Assembly (NCBI GenBank): GCA_000091205.1
Contig: AP006490.2
DNA from: Cyanidioschyzon merolae
Lineage: Eukaryota
Reading direction: 5' to 3' (one strand)
DNA length: 64,000 nt
Shown here: piece by piece, positions 13,670-24,758 of the stretch
Layout: each line of letters begins with the position of its first letter
Position numbering within the stretch: the first letter of the stretch is position 1
Made by a program: the position numbers and the translations under genes
The notes under the pieces: generated by a model
Databases searched by the model: none
Told to the model about the DNA's origin: nothing
The model's input: the letters and a program-made list of their open reading frames with translations, nothing else

Positions 13670-14914
13670 ATGGGACTCTCGACGATAGATGCCGACGTTC
13701 TTCGGTCGTACACGGAGGTTGTCGAAGCAGCAGCGCCGGCAAGCGAACGAAAGGCCGGATTTCTGGTTCAACAGCACGGGGCGCTCGGTGATGGCGGAGA
13801 CGCTTCGCAACCCGCTGGTGGCGCCACTGAGGCTGGCGCTGCCAACAGCGAGGGCGACGCAGGCTCCAACGTTGACATGTTTTATTTCGAGCACGCGCTA
13901 GCGACAGCGATATCCAGCCAGCAGCAACACAGCGCTGGCGGCGGTGGCGGTGGCGGTGGCGCCCCAGACCCGTCTACGGTGCATACCACTGGCTCTGCGA
14001 CCACAACTGAAGGCGTGTCAAACCTCACCAGGCTTGTAGTCGAGGAACAAAAGACACTCGATCTTTTCCACAAACTCAAGTTTAACTGGCTCGAACTGCA
14101 GACAAAACAGTACTTCCTCGAGGTTCTTCTAGGCTGCCCCAAGGGCGTGACACCGAACGATCTTTGTCCATCGGACGCCGCCATTGCCGAACTTGAAATA
14201 TCATCTGCTCAAGCGAAGCAGGAGCTCAAAAAAATCAAGCAGCAGACGAAAAATTTGCACGAACAAATGGAATCACTCTGCACAGAGCTGGCTCGAGCCC
14301 ACGGGATATACCTAGCGTCGTTCAACGAATGCAGAACGGCCGTTGAGGATCTCTGCGCTCGCGTTCAGGAGCGAGCGTATCGAGATCAACTTGTCGAGCG
14401 TGATGCAGAATTAGCGTCACTGCGGCAGCAGGAAGCTGAGATGCTCGCCAAAAAAGCCAAGCTCGAGTGGGAGACGCGACCCCTCGAACAGAGCATCGAT
14501 GCATTGCGAGAAGAAATCGCAGCTACCGAGACGCGACTTGAAAGTGGTAATTCAGCGAGCGAAAAAGAGCCAGACGCCGCATTGCGAGCGCGCTACCAGG
14601 CCATGGTTGCGTGGTATCAAGCCATGATCCCATTGCTCGAGTCTATATCTGGCATTCGAATCGAGCGCTTTGAGACTGATCGCCTAGTGATCAGCATGGA
14701 ACACGCTGTTTCCGACCAAAAACAACAGGCCGTGCTCGATCTCATTCCCGGTTCGTGCTTGATATCTCGGATCACGTTGGAACCGCCACCGTCGCCAACA
14801 AGTGGACTCGACGCCGCCGAAATAGAGACACTTCTTCGCCGTGCGAACGAAACGAACGACATGGGCTGGTTGATTCGCACCCTTCAACAACGACTCTACT
14901 TGTGCGCCCGCTAG
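13670..14914 (+). CDS. Hypothetical coiled-coil protein (Gly-rich N-terminus, long heptad-rich central region)
   Basis: 414-aa ORF. The coiled-coil-like segment reads LEISSAQAKQELKKIKQQTKNLHEQMESLCTELA...LRQQEAEMLAKKAKLEWETRPLEQSIDALREEIAATETRLES. No diagnostic family motif. Confidence 0.45.
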   Translation: MGLSTIDADVLRSYTEVVEAAAPASERKAGFLVQQHGALGDGGDASQPAGGATEAGAANSEGDAGSNVDMFYFEHALATAISSQQQHSAGGGGGGGGAPDPSTVHTTGSATTTEGVSNLTRLVVEEQKTLDLFHKLKFNWLELQTKQYFLEVLLGCPKGVTPNDLCPSDAAIAELEISSAQAKQELKKIKQQTKNLHEQMESLCTELARAHGIYLASFNECRTAVEDLCARVQERAYRDQLVERDAELASLRQQEAEMLAKKAKLEWETRPLEQSIDALREEIAATETRLESGNSASEKEPDAALRARYQAMVAWYQAMIPLLESISGIRIERFETDRLVISMEHAVSDQKQQAVLDLIPGSCLISRITLEPPPSPTSGLDAAEIETLLRRANETNDMGWLIRTLQQRLYLCAR

Positions 14915-15042
14915 GTTCCAACAGCCGACTTTGAGCGCCGCGAACGCCTCCCTGGGCACGCGACGTCGCACTCCGTTTAAAGACACAAAGCTGCGCATCC
15001 GTTTCCGTAAGGCACGCTATGCCTCCTTGCCACTGGCGTTGC

Positions 15043-15453
15043 TCAGGGATCAGGTTCACAGCGCAGTACAGCCTGTACAAGTGCGTCAACGGCGGTCGCG
15101 AGTCGCTCTGCGGTTCGTGCCCTGTCGGCGTTTATGAGTTGCTCCGCTTTCTCTTGCAGCTTTTGACCTAATCCTTCCGTTGTACCAGCTAGTTCAGCCT
15201 GCATCTGTCGAAAACTCGCTTCCTTCCGTTCACGATAGGCAGCAATGTCTTTCTCGGCCTCAGACACGGCTAGACGCAAACGGTCCTCGCGCTCTTTTCG
15301 AGCAAGCTGGATACGCTCTGCAGCTTCCGCCTCGGCCTGGAGCAACAGACGAACGGTATCGGCCGTCTTGTTGGCTTCGGGACCCAAGCCCCCGTCCATC
15401 TTCAGTCCGGTGCGCTCTTTACTCATCAGCTGCGTAACGTGCGCACTCCACAC
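15043..15453 (-). CDS. V-type ATPase subunit G; the true start is probably the internal Met at MSKERTGLK, about 15426
   Basis: TVRLLLQAEAEAAERIQLARKEREDRLRLAVSEAEKDIAAYRERKEASFRQ matches the V-ATPase G consensus (GIQQLLQAEKRAAEKV..ARKRK..RLKQAKEEA..E...YR..RE.EF). Size is typical at about 120 aa. Confidence 0.7.
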   Translation of the reverse strand: MWSAHVTQLMSKERTGLKMDGGLGPEANKTADTVRLLLQAEAEAAERIQLARKEREDRLRLAVSEAEKDIAAYRERKEASFRQMQAELAGTTEGLGQKLQEKAEQLINADRARTAERLATAVDALVQAVLRCEPDP

Positions 15454-15807
15454 GAAGCAGCGCCAAAACCAGTGTGCGCGCTCTCTCCCTGTTGAGGACG
15501 CTTTGGGTACGCGGTGCTTGACACACCCTCCAGGGAGCGATGCGCCGCGGCTCTGCTGAAACTTGAGTACGCTCCGTAGCCGACCGTGTGCCTGAGCCTA
15601 AACGGCCACGTTAAGTGCTTCCCCTTGTGAGAGAGTAGCCGTTGTCGGCAACTCAGAACGCCCTAGAGCCACACGAGACTAGCCAGTGGGGTTCACGAAC
15701 GTCGTCGAGACGGTTGCGGCGGCGTTGCCGGTGACGCGTGCAGCCTTGCCGCGGAGCGCACCTGCGGCGTAACACACACCGATGTGAGCAAGTGCCATAA
15801 AACGGAT

Positions 15808-16572
15808 CCACTAACTTGGACGAAGGCAATAAAGTTTGATTCTCTTATCACTGTCATAAATACTAGCCTTCATGGACGATTTATGCGACTGCTTCGATTC
15901 ACGCGCTCCTAGCTCCGGCTTTGAGTACGCTGGCCTCCCTGCCTGCCTATCCAACTCCGTTGCAAATAGTCACAGCATGTTGGTGGCAGCGTTCAATTAC
16001 CGATGCTGATGCTTCCAGATGTTTTCGACGCATTTCACGCACAGGCAGTACCCAGCATCTGCGCTTCGCTTGCCATTGTGATCTTCATTTCGTTCAGCGT
16101 CGGTGCGCCGGTCGAAACGATGACGCTCGGCCTTGGTCAGGTGTTCCCGGACGTCGACAATGCTCCGTCTCCCGAGATCCACGCTGTGGCACATGAAGGT
16201 TCGCTTCATGATCCGGGATATGCGCATCACTGGGGCAGAGGACGCTGCTCGATGCCCCGCCTCGTTACCTAACTCGGTGCATCACCGACATAGGATTACC
16301 GGCTTCATCTGAGCGACCCGTCGATGGTTTGGCGTTGCCATTCTACGGAGGATTTCTGGAACACGATGATTTGCATGACGGAACGAGTACCGGACGGCAG
16401 TCCAGGTTGGGTACGAAATTTCCAGAGATTCCGATCCTTCTGGGCATTGCTGGAGCACAGCGGATATGCCGTCGCGAGTCTACGCGAATGCTGCAACGAC
16501 TCAAGTGTGGTCCTTGTACCCTTTGCCACGGAAACCGAAGAGACGGCATCCTCTTGGTGCATATCCTGTGGC
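15808..16572. repeat. Dispersed direct repeat, copy 2
   Basis: See copy 1. Same orientation, 3.7 kb downstream. The two copies bracket the coiled-coil gene and the V-ATPase G gene. Confidence 0.9.
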
Positions 16573-16749
16573 AGATGCGCACGCCGCGCAACGGCGATAC
16601 CGCGGCTACTGTAAGCTGTCACTGCGCTAGAGTGCAGCTCGCAGGAGCTTCTGGGGAACGCTGTGCGTCGCTTTTTCCCATGATCAAGTCGTTTTCGTAG
16701 TGGTTCCTCGACTAAGAATAGGCTGCATCTAGCGAGAACGCTCTCTAGG

Positions 16750-17871
16750 ATGCCCGTCATCTCGCTGGGACGCATCGAAGACGCGCATGAAAAAGGTGTC
16801 TGGGCGATAACGAAGCTTGGTAACGGTAGGTTTTTGTCCGGAGGACTTGACGGGGCGTTGAAGCTCTGGCAGTTAGGGGCGCAGGAGCGAGGTCCGGTGG
16901 ACGCTGCGCCCGCTGCCTCAGCACAGGAAGGCGACACCGCTACCAGTACGTCCGCTGGAGATGAGGTAGCTGAGTTGGTTGCACACTGGCCTCAAGCGCA
17001 TCATTTGGCAGTCACGAGCCTTGATTCAGTGCCGGCACAAAATCTAGCAGTTTCCACCGGATTCGACGGCCGCATCCGAGTGTGGAAGCTCGACGCTACG
17101 ACTCCAGAGCAGGCAGCGCTCAGCGAGCACCAACTGAACCCGCTGGAGGCGTTCCAGGTAGCCGTATCCGCGGGTGCAGACTCTGTGGCGATAGGCGGGG
17201 ACGTGTTCGCGGGAGCTTCTCAGCCGCAACGCATATGTCTTGCCGCTCTCTATAGACTGCCTCTGCTCGAGAAAGCGCATAGTCTAGAAGTTGAACGCGA
17301 CGCTCGTCTCGAGCAGTATCGCTTCACGACCTGCGTGCGCTTTGCCGCATCCGCGGCTACAACCGCACCAGCGAACATGCTACTTTGTGGAGGTAACAAT
17401 GGCACGCTTGTGGCTGTGGACATCAACACGGAAGCATGGGACTGTGTGACGCTTGCGTCTGATCATCAAAGCGGCGCAAGCGTTTCAGAAATCAAGTCAA
17501 GTGGATTACCTGTTCGGGCGCTTGCGCAAACCAAGAAAGAGCCATCGATCGTATTTTGTGCTAGCGAAGACGAATGCATCCATGTCGTGGATTGGCGTAT
17601 GTGCGAAGAGGCGAGCATCTTTGCGACGGCCGGCTCGGGGCCGCTCTTCGCGGTAACAGTCACCGAGGAGGAGCCGGTGTTAGTCTTTGCAGCGGGTGCT
17701 GATGGGCAAGTTCGAGCCTACGATCGGCGCAGTGGAGAATGCGTCTACACGCAAAATGCTGAGACGCGCAAAGCGATATGGTCGCTGGAATCGATCGACC
17801 GCGAGGGTCTCGGTGCTCCGCGTATCGTGCTTGGTGGTGATGACGGATACCTTGAGGTTTTGAAGGCCTGA
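16750..17871 (+). CDS. WD40-repeat protein (possibly WDR61/Ski8-like)
   Basis: Repeated units of the G-x-D-G-x-h-+-h-W type (GGLDGALKLWQL, TGFDGRIRVWKL, AGADGQVRAYD). The N-terminus IEDAHEKGVWAI resembles the WDR61 start. Confidence 0.5.
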   Translation: MPVISLGRIEDAHEKGVWAITKLGNGRFLSGGLDGALKLWQLGAQERGPVDAAPAASAQEGDTATSTSAGDEVAELVAHWPQAHHLAVTSLDSVPAQNLAVSTGFDGRIRVWKLDATTPEQAALSEHQLNPLEAFQVAVSAGADSVAIGGDVFAGASQPQRICLAALYRLPLLEKAHSLEVERDARLEQYRFTTCVRFAASAATTAPANMLLCGGNNGTLVAVDINTEAWDCVTLASDHQSGASVSEIKSSGLPVRALAQTKKEPSIVFCASEDECIHVVDWRMCEEASIFATAGSGPLFAVTVTEEEPVLVFAAGADGQVRAYDRRSGECVYTQNAETRKAIWSLESIDREGLGAPRIVLGGDDGYLEVLKA

Positions 17872-18606
17872 ACCAAGCGTTGTGAGCCCGAGGCATGCTT
17901 TCCGTTGTTTTTCATCCGTTATTGTCTATCTACGCATACACAACTGCTACAGACGAGCGGCAAGACGCAACGAACAAATCCTTCGTTCGGATGCATCCGC
18001 GGCCATAGTATGGAAATGTTAGGCATTTTTGCGCAACGAGATGGATACTCGAGCGTTGATCGACCGCGAAGAGCTTGTAGGTCGCTGCACAGTGCGGCGA
18101 TCGTTATCTAGCTGAAGCAGGGGGTTCTTTGTTTCTTTCCAGTCTGACACTGGGTGGGAACACGCGTTGCCGACCATGATCTAAGCACGCGTATCATGCA
18201 CTGGACGCTGTGGACGCTGCAGTAGAGCAGTGCCTGACTTGGCGGCAAGACAGCTGCTCTCCAGACTTGAAGCCTCTCAACGGCGTTGCACATGCGACAA
18301 GCGCTTGTGTGGACGCCGACGCCACTCGCCCGTGACGTCTGGAACGCAGCCCGCCGGCGGACGGAACTACGAGAACTGTTCTCTATCCGCAGCGTCGCAT
18401 CTCTCGTGTTGACGTCAGCGCATCCTACGCTGTGGGGATTAGGCCATCGATTGCCCTTCGTGGTTACTTTCGTTATACGTTGCCATGATCAGATGCAAGG
18501 ATGTAGGGCTGGTTCAGCGGCAGTTCCGTGTTGCAGCAGACTTTGCAGCAAGTCCGGCACCGGGTGCCGCATGGATACACATGGCGGGCGGCGCTGGTGT
18601 CGACTG

Positions 18607-18785
18607 CGGCTGCTGGGCACCCTGGATCATGAGGTCGCGTTCGAGTGGTAGCGCATTGACGCTGCTCAAGTCCGTGGCGCTCAACATGGACGATAATGGG
18701 AGCACCCTGGATCATGAGGTCGCGTTCGGGTGCCAGCTCATTGACGCAGCTCAAGCCCGTGGCGCTCAACATGGACGATGATGAC
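18607..18785. repeat. Tandem repeat, about 93-bp unit x2
   Basis: caccctggatcatgaggtcgcgttcg(a/g)gtg..cattgacgc.gctcaag.ccgtggcgctcaacatggacgat occurs twice in tandem, with a degenerate third echo near 18890-18925. Confidence 0.7.
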
Positions 18786-19609
18786 GAAGCAGGCTTCAGG
18801 CACGCTCTGCTTCTGGTGTGTTGCAGATGGGGAACGACCCGCCTCTGTCTACCAGTGCGCTTGCTTTTTGGTGTACACGGCATTCGTTAGCAACATGGAA
18901 GGAAACGAAGCGGGCTTCAGCAAGCTAAACACATATTCCCCAGCTTTTGATTCTGTATCCTGATTCGAGGTAAACGACGGGAGCGTTTGTCGCTTCCCCA
19001 GAAGCATGCCTTCGTTGAGACTCGTGACGGGCTTGTTGAACCTTTCGAGTCTACAACTCAATAATGAATCGAAAACGATGCTGCCGAATTCTTTGTTGTT
19101 TGCATCATGGATCAGTGTGCATGCTTTGCGACACTACCATTTATCGAAACATTTCCCTGCAGCATTGATACTCGTTTCCCGGGATACTGTCGATCCACGC
19201 GGTCGCTGCTCGACAGCATCGCGCGCTTCGTCTCTAGAACAAGGGTTACGTTTTCGCTAGCTACTGGTCAACAGTCGGGTGTCTGGGACCAGCTACAGGT
19301 CGTGCTTAGTGACCAATCTGGTAAAATTGGTGGCACCAGTTCTTGAACCGGGAACGGAACCAGCTGCAGACCCTTGTGCTGGGCGTGGCTCCGGACACAT
19401 ACGCACCTTTCAGAGGCAGGCGGGTGAGTCTCTTCCCAACAGTCGCTTCTCCTCGCTTTGTGTGGTTTAAAAACAAATAGTACGGTTCATGCCGCGGAAT
19501 TGAAGCTTGCCAAAGCAAGGGGACGGTTCCGTATTCACTCGGTGTCTGGCAACTGTACCGCTTCCGTGGCGAGGACGTTCTTTCGTAACTGCTGCTACTA
19601 GAAAAGCAG

Positions 19610-20218
19610 ATGCTCGATGCGGACTTTGGGTTATGGTTGCTCCTGCTCGCCTTTTTCCATATTTCCGAGGGTTTGTTTGCCTATGTTAAGCACGGAAAGC
19701 GCCCATCAGGGCGCTCTTTCCTGTTTTCCGCTCCGTACATGCTAGCGTTGGCATTGGCGACTGCGGAGCACCTGCTCATGGGGCATTGCCTATGGGCGCG
19801 GTCCCAGAGCACTGGCGGTTCCTCCCTGGCATCTCTTCTCGTCATCAAGGACCACAATCGCTCTGTAGGACTTGCTCTCTGCATTCTCGGTGAAACGATA
19901 CGAAAAACGAGCATTTTGACTCTGGGTGACGCCTTTACGCATGAGATCGCGGTGAAGCAGCGAGCGAGTCATCGGCTCCAGACGCGTGGCCTATACGCCG
20001 TTTGTAGACACCCAGCGTACACTGGTTGGCTGCTCTGGCTTGTGGGCACCCAGATCCTCCTGCGGAACGTGGTATGCGGCATTGCGTTACCATGTATAGC
20101 CTGGAATTTCTTCCGCCAGCGCATTTCTTTTGAAGAGGATCATCTGGAGCGATTTTTTGGGGATGCTTATCGGGAATATCGTGCGAAAACCTTCTCAGGC
20201 ATCCCGGGAATCCCATGA
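19610..20218 (+). CDS. Protein-S-isoprenylcysteine O-methyltransferase (ICMT/Ste14 family)
   Basis: C-terminal signature RLQTRGLYAVCRHPAYTGWLLWLVGTQILL....EE..LERFFGDAYREYRAKT. ATG verified at 19610; an in-frame TAA lies 8 codons upstream. Confidence 0.85.
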   Translation: MLDADFGLWLLLLAFFHISEGLFAYVKHGKRPSGRSFLFSAPYMLALALATAEHLLMGHCLWARSQSTGGSSLASLLVIKDHNRSVGLALCILGETIRKTSILTLGDAFTHEIAVKQRASHRLQTRGLYAVCRHPAYTGWLLWLVGTQILLRNVVCGIALPCIAWNFFRQRISFEEDHLERFFGDAYREYRAKTFSGIPGIP

Positions 20219-21751
20219 GCACATTCGCATCTACGAGATGCAATGCCTCTCTCTAGATGGTGCTCCGACTGTTCTAGCACACGATGCTGTGCGTTCGGGG
20301 GCATCTACGCGTTGCTGCGAGCCGAGCAAGTGTTACTCTGCACGATAAATGAAATCACACCACTCACGGCATTGCGTAGAGGTTCATCTTCTTGGTAGCA
20401 CGGCTGCTTCTGTTCTGGAGTGCACATTCTATTCGCGACTTTTTTCCGCTGATTTCCCACAGCGCTGCCCAGCCAAATGCGTCGGCGTTTGGAGCTTCTC
20501 CGGAAGCAACGCTTCAGCAGCATTCGAATCGCTACATGTGAAGTGGGCCAGCCAGCAAGCGACCTTTGAGCAGCATCCTATGCAATATCACCGGTGTGTT
20601 TGTCTGCGCGTCTACGCGCCCAATGAAGGATTTCACTCGCTTCACCATTCCTATGCTGCGACAACGAATATCGACACTGCCATATGCACCAGACGCTGAA
20701 CGAAATTGGTGCATCACGATATCTCATCTAGAGCCCGCGTCCATAGCGCAGCCCGGAGTGAGCGGCCAGGCTTCTGTTGTACGGCTCGAGCGGATACAAC
20801 GCATTCCCCAAGACACTCGAAAAGTCCGCGTTCCTCTTCGGATTCTTCCTAGAGAACGCACGAGACGACCTTTGGGATACGTCATACACCAGCAGGTATT
20901 GACGTGAATGCAGCGAGCGCTTTAGAGATCATCACGTGGTCGCTGGGGTCGCCTTTGCGTCGGAGCAGCCTGGTCAGCCGTCGGAGTTCCAGACTTGCGC
21001 TTGCGTGAAGCGTGACCTGTTGCGTTGCCAGGCTGCACAAGCGCAACACGAAGCAGAGCACCAGCACCGGATGAAGATACGTGCAGACGGGGAGTGCGGG
21101 GGCCCCGAACACCCGTGCCCACATATTGGGCCGTACGGAGCGCTACGAGATAACCCCACAGCGTTGCCGCAAGCAATGGGGGTGCAATCTTTCAGTGGGC
21201 GCGCCCCCCAGTTCTCGACGCACCAGGAGCCTTCAAGTTCCACGTTAGAGTGCTTTCGTGGAACATTACAAAACCACTTGAACACGGATGCACAGCAAAA
21301 CCCAATAAAACCAACTATTCATCCAAGTCCAGAAGCACAGACCTTGCACGATCTCGGAGTTTCCTGGCGTTTCCCGGCCCTGTCATCCCTGAGCTGTCAC
21401 CTTTCAAGCAACGTTCTCAAGTTGTCAGCGAAGGGCTGCCTCAAGAGCACTTTGCTATCACTTCGCTTCCACCAACTCTACACAAATACCTCTAACTGCT
21501 TCCGTCGAGCCAAGCGAGTGTGCTGCGTGCTCACCGTTGGAAGGCACAACGGCCAGTCGGCGGTGTTACCCTGCAGCAACCGGCACACACAAAAACCCTT
21601 ACCCGAGGGGGTTTTCGGGCCAGCCTCAGGTCAGTCACCGCTCAGCGAAACCCAGAGACACCAGTGAGCTCCTGGTGTCGAAAGCTGTCGTTCTGGGATA
21701 CCATTTCCGCACCGTTCCACCCTGAGGCTGCCTCGTGTTCAGGCGTAGCTT

Positions 21752-24541
21752 GTGCGTAGACGCGGGCGGATGCCAGCCCGACGTTGCGACTCGGTTGCCT
21801 TGTCGCCGCAACCGTTCTGGAGCGTACGTGCTGCCCGTGTTGACACGTCGCCTGGTGGCAAGCCGCTGTGGATGGGCGCTTTTTGTGACCACTATCTGGT
21901 ACTGGTTATCCACGGGGTTGGTGACCAATATGCGGATAACAACTTTATCACCAGTCTTGAGCGCTGCACAGAGGCACTGGCTCGCCTCATCGAGCGGCAG
22001 TCCAAACGCATTCGCGAACAGCTGCGGAGCACTAGTCAAGCACGTGGTTGCTTCGCGGATGCGTTACTGGAAAATTGGCCAAGCGTCGACGTGCGCTGTA
22101 TAGAGTGGCACTCGAAACTCCAGTACAAGCACGGTTGGAACCACATGGTCGAGCGCGTCACCCCAGCGGGTATTGAGGAAGTTCGTCGGATCATGCGTGA
22201 GACTTTCGGCGATATTGCGCTCTTCATGTCACCCAAATGGCACCAGGTGATCATGGAAGAAGTTGTTCGTGAGCTAACGCTAGCATACGAGCGGAAACGG
22301 GAGCAAGTTCGGCAGGCAGTGTCGCTGGACGGAGCTGTTCCGAGCGTTCGCGTTGCACTGCTGTGTCATTCGCTTGGGGCCCTGATCGGCTTCGACTTGA
22401 TTCGGCTCGGCTATGCGCTCCCGTTTCAGGTAGAGCATGTGTTTTTGTGTGGGTCCCCACTCGGAGCGTATTTGTCCTTGTTGCCAAACGGAGAGCAACT
22501 CGCCCGCAAGTACCTGCTCGATCTCTGGATAGAGCGGCAACGAGACGAGGACGTCGTTGGAAAAGCCACTCCGGCCGAGCGCTTCGCATCGAATACGCAG
22601 ATGCGATTACGCTCAGGCAGGGCAGATCGAACCGGTATCCGGCATACACGGGAACATGTCGATGGGTATGCCGCTTCTTCTCGGAATGCTGCCGCTGCCG
22701 GTGCGACGCTTCAACCACGGTTCTATAATCTGTTTCATCCGTTGGATCCGGCGGCGTTTCGCCTCGAGCCGTGGCTTGATCCATCCATGGCGCTGCAGGA
22801 GAGCGTGGAACTACCGCTCCCGTTGGAGTTGGAGCGATTGCTCAGCAGTCGGGCTCCTGCACAGGTGCCGGCAGCACCGCGAATGCAAACCGCCGCCACC
22901 GCCTTTACCACAACCAGCGCCATGACTGCGCCTACTGCTACCAACGCTGCAACGTTGCCGAAAGGCATCGACGCTTGCCCTGAGCAACAGCCGCCTCGGT
23001 ATGCACCGTGCGCTGCCAGCGCACTATCCGTTGAGGGTCCCGCTGCGTCTGCTGGCGACGATATGAGTGCGTCCTCCATTCCTGATGATGTCGATGCGCA
23101 GAGCACGGGCTCCTTCTCTTCCGCGGAGGTGTTGACGAGAGCGTCCTCGACACGGCGATCGCTATCTTCGCCGCGGCTCTCTCAACTCGGAGGCGAAGGC
23201 ACTTATCGAGATGATCCGTTCGCCACCACTGGACTCGGTGCCGCCCTACGAGGCAGAACCGCTGTTGGTCTCAGTCGATCGAGCTCGAATCCCGAGTTTA
23301 CCGTTCCGCTCACCGCTGCGGAGACGGATCTGCCGGCGAAGGACTCCGTACCTGCCGAAAGTCTGGATCCGGATAGGATGGGTTGTACTTGCGGGGAAGC
23401 TCACTCGCTCGACAGAAAACGGTTGCAATGTGCGATTCGAACTTGCACTCGTCGGGGCGCCAAGACAGGGCGTTCAGAGCAAGCGAAACAGGTAGAGTTA
23501 CCAGGCACGCAATTCCCGGATTCCGTTCAGGACTGGTGTCGTCCGTACCGCGAACCAGAATTCTCCCTAGACGATACCCGGGTGTACAAGCGGCCGCACG
23601 GGAATCCCGAGGTGGGGTGTTATTTTCGGCGTGTCGATTACGTCGTCCACGATCCGCAGGTCGCCCGCTCGGGACGCGTCTGGCAGTTTGTGCAGTGCCT
23701 TCGCTCCCATGCGTGTTATTGGACAAGTGATGAGGTTGCCTCGTTCGTGGTGGGCATCCTCTATGACTGTCTTCGACAGCCGCGGGCACGACTCAATGAA
23801 ATGGGCGCCTTGATGGGTACCGACCTCGGCTCCATGGCGTCCGCACAACGCTTCGGCAACGGACATGCTCGTTTCTGCACAGATGCCGTGCCTGATGCAG
23901 TCGCCAGTCTCGCAGATGGTCGTGACGCTAACGCACCTGCAGCGAATCGAGAAACGGATACCAGTGCACCAAGCGGGAACGGCATGCTCGCCCGAAGGCG
24001 TGCATCGCCGGCTCGGCGAAGTGCTTCGGCAGCTTCACTGGATCCTGCACAACGGAAACCTGAGTGCTGCCAACAGTGCATCCCTGGCGCCAGTACCGTT
24101 GCATTCACGTCGGTCGGTCGCCCCGGCGAGTTATTGACTGTGAGCACCAAAAACTCAGTTCGCAGCAGGAACGGTGCAGGGCATCGCGCGAGCGTTTCCC
24201 CAACAAATAGCGCATACGCTAAGCATGGGTCACCGGACCCCGACGAGAATCATGATCATCATACGGGTCAATTTCGGCTTCTACACGAGGTCTCATCCTT
24301 GTCACCGGCACCAACTGTGGGATTTCTCGTGGGTGACTCGGCGCCGCGCCCTTTGCGTATGATTAGTGACCTGCTGGAAAAACTTGTCACAGAGGGCCGT
24401 TGGGTCGCAGCGCTCATGCTTGTTTCTGGGGCATTTATTATGAGCTGTGGCCTTGTGGCCTTGATTCTGGCGCTTCTATTACGTAGCCTCTATGTGACAC
24501 TTTTTCTGAAGCAAAAACATCCACTGGGCTTCTTGTCATGA
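21752..24541 (+). CDS. DUF676-type putative serine esterase/lipase (alpha/beta hydrolase), with a long low-complexity middle and a C-terminal transmembrane helix
   Basis: HYLVLVIHGVGDQ matches the DUF676 start (HLVVLxHGL). Nucleophile elbow LLCHSLGALIGFD (GxSxG-like). A hydrophobic C-terminus (VAALMLVSGAFIMSCGLVALILALLL). The listed start may not be the true start. Confidence 0.6.
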   Translation: MRRRGRMPARRCDSVALSPQPFWSVRAARVDTSPGGKPLWMGAFCDHYLVLVIHGVGDQYADNNFITSLERCTEALARLIERQSKRIREQLRSTSQARGCFADALLENWPSVDVRCIEWHSKLQYKHGWNHMVERVTPAGIEEVRRIMRETFGDIALFMSPKWHQVIMEEVVRELTLAYERKREQVRQAVSLDGAVPSVRVALLCHSLGALIGFDLIRLGYALPFQVEHVFLCGSPLGAYLSLLPNGEQLARKYLLDLWIERQRDEDVVGKATPAERFASNTQMRLRSGRADRTGIRHTREHVDGYAASSRNAAAAGATLQPRFYNLFHPLDPAAFRLEPWLDPSMALQESVELPLPLELERLLSSRAPAQVPAAPRMQTAATAFTTTSAMTAPTATNAATLPKGIDACPEQQPPRYAPCAASALSVEGPAASAGDDMSASSIPDDVDAQSTGSFSSAEVLTRASSTRRSLSSPRLSQLGGEGTYRDDPFATTGLGAALRGRTAVGLSRSSSNPEFTVPLTAAETDLPAKDSVPAESLDPDRMGCTCGEAHSLDRKRLQCAIRTCTRRGAKTGRSEQAKQVELPGTQFPDSVQDWCRPYREPEFSLDDTRVYKRPHGNPEVGCYFRRVDYVVHDPQVARSGRVWQFVQCLRSHACYWTSDEVASFVVGILYDCLRQPRARLNEMGALMGTDLGSMASAQRFGNGHARFCTDAVPDAVASLADGRDANAPAANRETDTSAPSGNGMLARRRASPARRSASAASLDPAQRKPECCQQCIPGASTVAFTSVGRPGELLTVSTKNSVRSRNGAGHRASVSPTNSAYAKHGSPDPDENHDHHTGQFRLLHEVSSLSPAPTVGFLVGDSAPRPLRMISDLLEKLVTEGRWVAALMLVSGAFIMSCGLVALILALLLRSLYVTLFLKQKHPLGFLS

Positions 24542-24758
24542 GCGAGTCCGCTGATTACCGGGTTTCAAGTCCCTAAAACACTACTGACGCGTCGATCGCT
24601 TGCCAGATATACGCACCTGGAACGAACGAACGCAAGTGATCAGCCGCAATCATCCAGCGCATTCTGGATGAAACTTCGCGCCTGCACCTCGACAGCGACA
24701 ACATGTTACACCGCGGGATATGTACACCGAAAGGCGCGCTCCGGTTCGCGGAAGCATT

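Noticed and set aside
12102-16572. LTR retrotransposon (two 766-bp direct repeats 3.7 kb apart)
   Set aside because: The interior encodes a coiled-coil host protein and V-ATPase subunit G on opposite strands. No gag, protease, RT, RNase H or integrase motifs are present, and the repeat ends do not show the TG...CA convention.
20936-21667. 243-aa ORF, plus similar ORFs at 31129..31542 and 22251..22784, as genes
   Set aside because: Low-complexity, Arg/Ala/Pro-rich translations typical of out-of-frame or GC-rich non-coding sequence. They overlap or are antisense to better-supported genes, or lie in intergenic DNA.
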